A stretch of DNA of 32,986 nucleotides. It comes from Psychrilyobacter sp. (GTDB lineage: Bacteria; Fusobacteriota; Fusobacteriia; Fusobacteriales; Fusobacteriaceae). Of the stretch, positions 29,323 through 32,986 are shown one piece after another; position 1 is the first letter of the stretch, and each line of letters starts with the position of its first letter. The stretch lies in NCBI GenBank assembly GCA_023145315.1, contig JAGLEA010000028.1:1-32986 (forward strand), in the 5' to 3' direction. Under the pieces are notes generated by a model that had not been told where the DNA came from, made no database searches, and saw nothing but the letters and a program-made list of their open reading frames with translations. The translations under genes were made by a program, and so were the position numbers.

Positions 29323-29622
29323 ATGTCAAAATTTACAAAAGAGGAATTATTAGAAGGGTTTATGCCAATAATAGCTTTAGCAGGAACAGCAAAGAGTATC
29401 GCATTAGAATCACTTAGAAATAAAGATAAAAGTGGTTTAGCAGAAGCAAAAGCATTATTATTAGAAGCTCACGGTGTGCATCATAAATTTGTTACAGCAG
29501 AATGTGAAGATGATGATAATGTAGTAGTAGAGTTAAACTTAATAATCGCACATGCAGAAGATCAATATATGGCAGCTGAAACAATTATTTCATTAGTTGA
29601 AATATTACTAGATGTTATATAG
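29323..29622 (+). CDS. PTS lactose/cellobiose-family EIIA
   Basis: AG.AKS, EAH, LIIAHAEDQYM phospho-His motif. Confidence 0.9.
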   Translation: MSKFTKEELLEGFMPIIALAGTAKSIALESLRNKDKSGLAEAKALLLEAHGVHHKFVTAECEDDDNVVVELNLIIAHAEDQYMAAETIISLVEILLDVI

Positions 29623-29671
29623 AAAAAAACTAGATTAAAGAATTAAAAAAAATATATTTGGAGGAAAAATC

Positions 29672-31054
29672 ATGGCTAAGAAAAGTTTCATGGATAAATT
29701 TACAGAAATAACAGAAAAGCATTTAATGCCCATCGCATCAAAGATGTCGAGTCAAAAACATTTAACAGCACTAAAGGACGGGTTTGTATTTACAATGCCA
29801 TTCTTAATTGTAGGATCAGTAATATTATTATTAGTTAACTTACCGTTTGGATCACCTGAATTATCACCAGGAACTCCTAATCCAATGTTTATGCAATGGT
29901 ATGCAGACTTAATGGCAGCTCATAAAGCTAATTGGGTTCAACCATTCTATGTAAGTATGGGTGTAATGTCGTTATTCGTATCATTCGGAATTGGTTACAG
30001 TTTATCTATTCAGTATAAGTTAAGTGGTGTAACAGGTGGTTTCTTAACACTATTTACATTCCTTATGACTTCTGCTAAATTAGATTGGGTACCAATGGCA
30101 AAAGAGCCACAAGTTTTAGCTGTATTCCACAAAGATGGTGGATGGATGCCGGTAATGGATGCTAGATTTTTAGATGCAAAAGGATTATTTGCTGCAATAA
30201 TTGGTTCATTTATCGCAATTGAAATCTATAGATTTATGGCGACAAAGAAAATGGTTATTAAATTACCGGATTCTGTTCCACCAGCAATTGCAAAATCATT
30301 TGAATTATTAACTCCAATCATTGCTGTAATTTTAATATTACAACCTATCAACATTTGGGTACAATCTACAGGAAAAATGATTCCAGAAATCATCATGAAT
30401 GCATTTGCTCCATTAGTACATGCCTCTGATAGTTTACCAGCAATAATCTTAATTTTAGTAATAGTTCATCTATTGTGGTTTGCAGGATTACATGGTGTAA
30501 ATGTAGTAGTAGCAATTATTAACCCAATAATCTTAACTAACCTTGCAACAAATCAAGAAGCACTACAAGCTGGAACAAATTTACCTCATATATTTGCTGG
30601 TGGATTCTTAGATGCGTTCGTATATTTAGGTGGGGCAGGAGCGACTTTAGGACTTGCTATTGCAATGTCTAGAAGTAAATCTGATCATCTTAAAGCAATC
30701 GGTAAATTAGGAACAGTTCCAGGATTATTTAATATCAACGAACCAATTATATTTGGTGCACCAATAGTAATGAATCCAATCTTATTTATTCCGTTCATAG
30801 GAGTACCAATTGTAAACGCTACAATAGCATGGTATGCAGTTAAAATGGGATTAGTAGGGAAGATAGTTACATTAGTACCATGGACTACACCAGCTCCAAT
30901 AGCTGCATTTTTAGCAACTAACTTCGGAGTAACAGCATTAATCTTAAGTACAGCATTAGTATTCTTATCTTACTTCATGTACAAACCGTTCGTAACAATC
31001 TATGCTAACGAATTAGAAAAAGAAGCATTAGAAGAAGCTAGCGCATCAAAATAA
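29672..31054 (+). CDS. PTS lactose/cellobiose/chitobiose-family EIIC
   Basis: IKLPDSVPPAIAKSF, LWFAGLHG, GGAGATL, FNINEPIIFGAPIVMNP, PWTTP. Confidence 0.95.
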   Translation: MAKKSFMDKFTEITEKHLMPIASKMSSQKHLTALKDGFVFTMPFLIVGSVILLLVNLPFGSPELSPGTPNPMFMQWYADLMAAHKANWVQPFYVSMGVMSLFVSFGIGYSLSIQYKLSGVTGGFLTLFTFLMTSAKLDWVPMAKEPQVLAVFHKDGGWMPVMDARFLDAKGLFAAIIGSFIAIEIYRFMATKKMVIKLPDSVPPAIAKSFELLTPIIAVILILQPINIWVQSTGKMIPEIIMNAFAPLVHASDSLPAIILILVIVHLLWFAGLHGVNVVVAIINPIILTNLATNQEALQAGTNLPHIFAGGFLDAFVYLGGAGATLGLAIAMSRSKSDHLKAIGKLGTVPGLFNINEPIIFGAPIVMNPILFIPFIGVPIVNATIAWYAVKMGLVGKIVTLVPWTTPAPIAAFLATNFGVTALILSTALVFLSYFMYKPFVTIYANELEKEALEEASASK

Positions 31055-31064
31055 TTTAAATTTT

Positions 31065-31096
31065 AAATACTTACCAATGATTTTTGGTAAGTATTT
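31065..31096 (+). terminator. Hairpin between EIIC and the DUF871 gene
   Basis: AAATACTTACCAA / TTGGTAAGTATTT inverted repeat. Confidence 0.6.
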
Positions 31097-31169
31097 CTTA
31101 TTTATAGCATTTTTTAAAACTATATAATACTTTTTTGATTAGAGAAATAAATTAAACTTAGGGGGCAAA

Positions 31170-32252
31170 ATGAGAAGATTAGGAATATCAGTTTATCCTG
31201 AACATGCACCATTAGAAAAAAATAAGGAATATATATCAACGGCAGCTAAGTATGGATTTGACAGAATTTTTACATGTTTATTATCTGTAACAGGGGATAA
31301 AGATTCAATTGTTAAAGAGTTTAAAGAAACGATTGATCATGCTAAAAATTTAAATTTTGAAGTTATTGTAGATGTTGCTCCTAGTGTATTTACTGATCTA
31401 GGAATAACTTATGAAGATCTTTCGTTTTTCAAAGAGATGGGTGTTGATGGCTTTAGATTGGATGAGGGATTTACTGGTGCAGAAGAAGCTATGATGACCT
31501 TTAATAAAGAGGGACTCATGGTGGAATTAAATGTAAGTCAGCCAAATATGTATTTAGAGAACATTTTATCCTATTGTGCAGATAGTCATAAACTATTGGG
31601 ATGTCATAATTTTTATCCTAAAAAAAGAACAGCTTTAAGCAGAGAATTATTTATGACAACATCACAAAATTATAAAAATAAAGGAATAAGAGTGGCAGCA
31701 TTTGTAAATTCAAAAAATGCAACTTTTGGACCATGGAAAGTATCAGAGGGATTGTGTACATTAGAAGAGCATAGATATATAGAGGATATTACAGTTCAGG
31801 CTAGAGATCTATGGAATACAAATGTAGTAGATGATGTCATAGTGGCTAACTGTTTTGCATCAGAAGCTGAGCTAAAGGCTTTAGGAGAGTTGAAAAGAGG
31901 ACTATTAGCACTAGATGTTGATTTAGAAGTTACTTTGTCTGAAACAGAATCTAATATACTTTATGATGAACTTCATTTTTTTAGGGGAGATAGAAGTGAA
32001 TATACGGTAAGATCAACTATGCCACGTATAGTTTATAAAGATAAAGATATCAAGCCTCAAAATACAAGAAATATTAAGAGGGGAGATGTAATAATCGAAA
32101 ATTCTAATTATGATAGGTATAAAGGTGAACTTCATATAGCTCTTAGAGATTATGAAAATGAAGGAAATAGTAATGTAATTGGGAGAATTAGAGAAGATAA
32201 TCTTATTTTTATCGATCAAATTAGACCATGGCAAAAATTCAAATTAGTATAG
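31170..32252 (+). CDS. DUF871 / MupG-family phosphosugar glycosidase
   Basis: LGISVY, IFTCL, RLDEG, ELN.S, CHNFYP, GL.TLEEHR, C-terminal RGD..IEN.NY.RYKGEL domain. Confidence 0.9.
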   Translation: MRRLGISVYPEHAPLEKNKEYISTAAKYGFDRIFTCLLSVTGDKDSIVKEFKETIDHAKNLNFEVIVDVAPSVFTDLGITYEDLSFFKEMGVDGFRLDEGFTGAEEAMMTFNKEGLMVELNVSQPNMYLENILSYCADSHKLLGCHNFYPKKRTALSRELFMTTSQNYKNKGIRVAAFVNSKNATFGPWKVSEGLCTLEEHRYIEDITVQARDLWNTNVVDDVIVANCFASEAELKALGELKRGLLALDVDLEVTLSETESNILYDELHFFRGDRSEYTVRSTMPRIVYKDKDIKPQNTRNIKRGDVIIENSNYDRYKGELHIALRDYENEGNSNVIGRIREDNLIFIDQIRPWQKFKLV

Positions 32253-32414
32253 TAGTAAATTAGAGAACTTAATTTGCAATTAAGGATAAAAAAAGAAACT
32301 TTCGTGCCAAGAGTCTCGTTTTTTAAAAGACGGATAAGTTATAATACTTATATAAAATATTAGTGGATTTATAAATATAGATTCTATTATTTTAATGAAT
32401 ACGGGAGGAAAAAA

Positions 32415-32986
32415 GTGAAAAAAAAGTTAATGATGTTAGGGTTAATTACAGTATTGGGTGCTACAGCATATGGTGCTGAAACACAAACAATGGAAGAGTT
32501 AAAAGCAGAAAATACACAATTAAAGGAAAAATTAGCAAGTAAAGTATTAATTGTAGAAGATGGAAGAGCAAATGAAGTTATAGATCAAGGAACAAAAGAA
32601 GATGAATGGAATGTATCAGCTAGAACATATATAGAAAGAGAGCAATACGAGATGGGATCAAAAGATTTTGGTGCATCTGAAAATATTATTATGTTTGGAA
32701 CAGGAGTTAATGCTGTAAAAGGAAACTGGGGTTATCATTTAAATGTTGAACAAAGAGGAACGGGACATTTAAATACAGATGGAGCAGATAATCAAAATAC
32801 AAGAGTAGACTATAAAATTAGATACCAAGCTACACCAAAAATAGGAGTTGCTTTTAAATATAGAAGTGAAAGAGGAAATAAAAAAAGAATAGCATATGCA
32901 GCTGAACAAAATAGAAATAGGGACAGAGTAGAGTTAGGGTTAGATACATCTTACCAATATCTATCTGGTTGGTTTGTAGTAGGACA
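32415..32986 (+). CDS. Outer-membrane beta-barrel/porin, partial (runs off the window)
   Basis: GTG start after GGGAGG and open to the window end. Manual translation gives signal MKKKLMMLGLITVLGATAYG, coiled coil MEELKAENTQLKEKL, then amphipathic strands (WNVSARTYIE, WGYHLNVEQR, RVDYKIRYQ, RVELGLDTSY). Absent from the ORF track. Confidence 0.75.
   Translation, partial: MKKKLMMLGLITVLGATAYGAETQTMEELKAENTQLKEKLASKVLIVEDGRANEVIDQGTKEDEWNVSARTYIEREQYEMGSKDFGASENIIMFGTGVNAVKGNWGYHLNVEQRGTGHLNTDGADNQNTRVDYKIRYQATPKIGVAFKYRSERGNKKRIAYAAEQNRNRDRVELGLDTSYQYLSGWFVVG

Overview
AT-rich chromosomal segment, most likely from a Fusobacteriota anaerobe (inferred from gene content, protein style and AGA-dominated Arg codons; not verified). 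In order it carries: tRNA-Sec (selC), a radical-SAM-linked protein, serS, a short EcfT-like gene, fba, a TauE/SafE exporter, type III glutamine synthetase, a glgBCDAP operon, a cof-HAD/dtd/lipoprotein operon, a hydE-like radical SAM gene coupled to an SH3+YkuD L,D-transpeptidase, a small secreted protein, tRNA-Arg(TCG), a second L,D-transpeptidase paralogue, a dppABCDF-type peptide ABC operon, a solitary Rep_3-type plasmid replication initiator homologue, and, divergent from it, a Lac/Cel-family PTS with a DUF871/MupG phosphosugar glycosidase and a partial porin gene. Best lead: the Rep_3-like gene has no mobile-element context and sits like a local regulator. Iteron-like 16-bp direct repeats lie between it and the PTS promoter, suggesting a replication initiator domesticated as a transcription factor. 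Second lead: the full-length GlgP has lost many normally invariant sugar-binding residues while keeping the PLP and phosphate residues. All family assignments come from motif recognition by eye; no searches were run.
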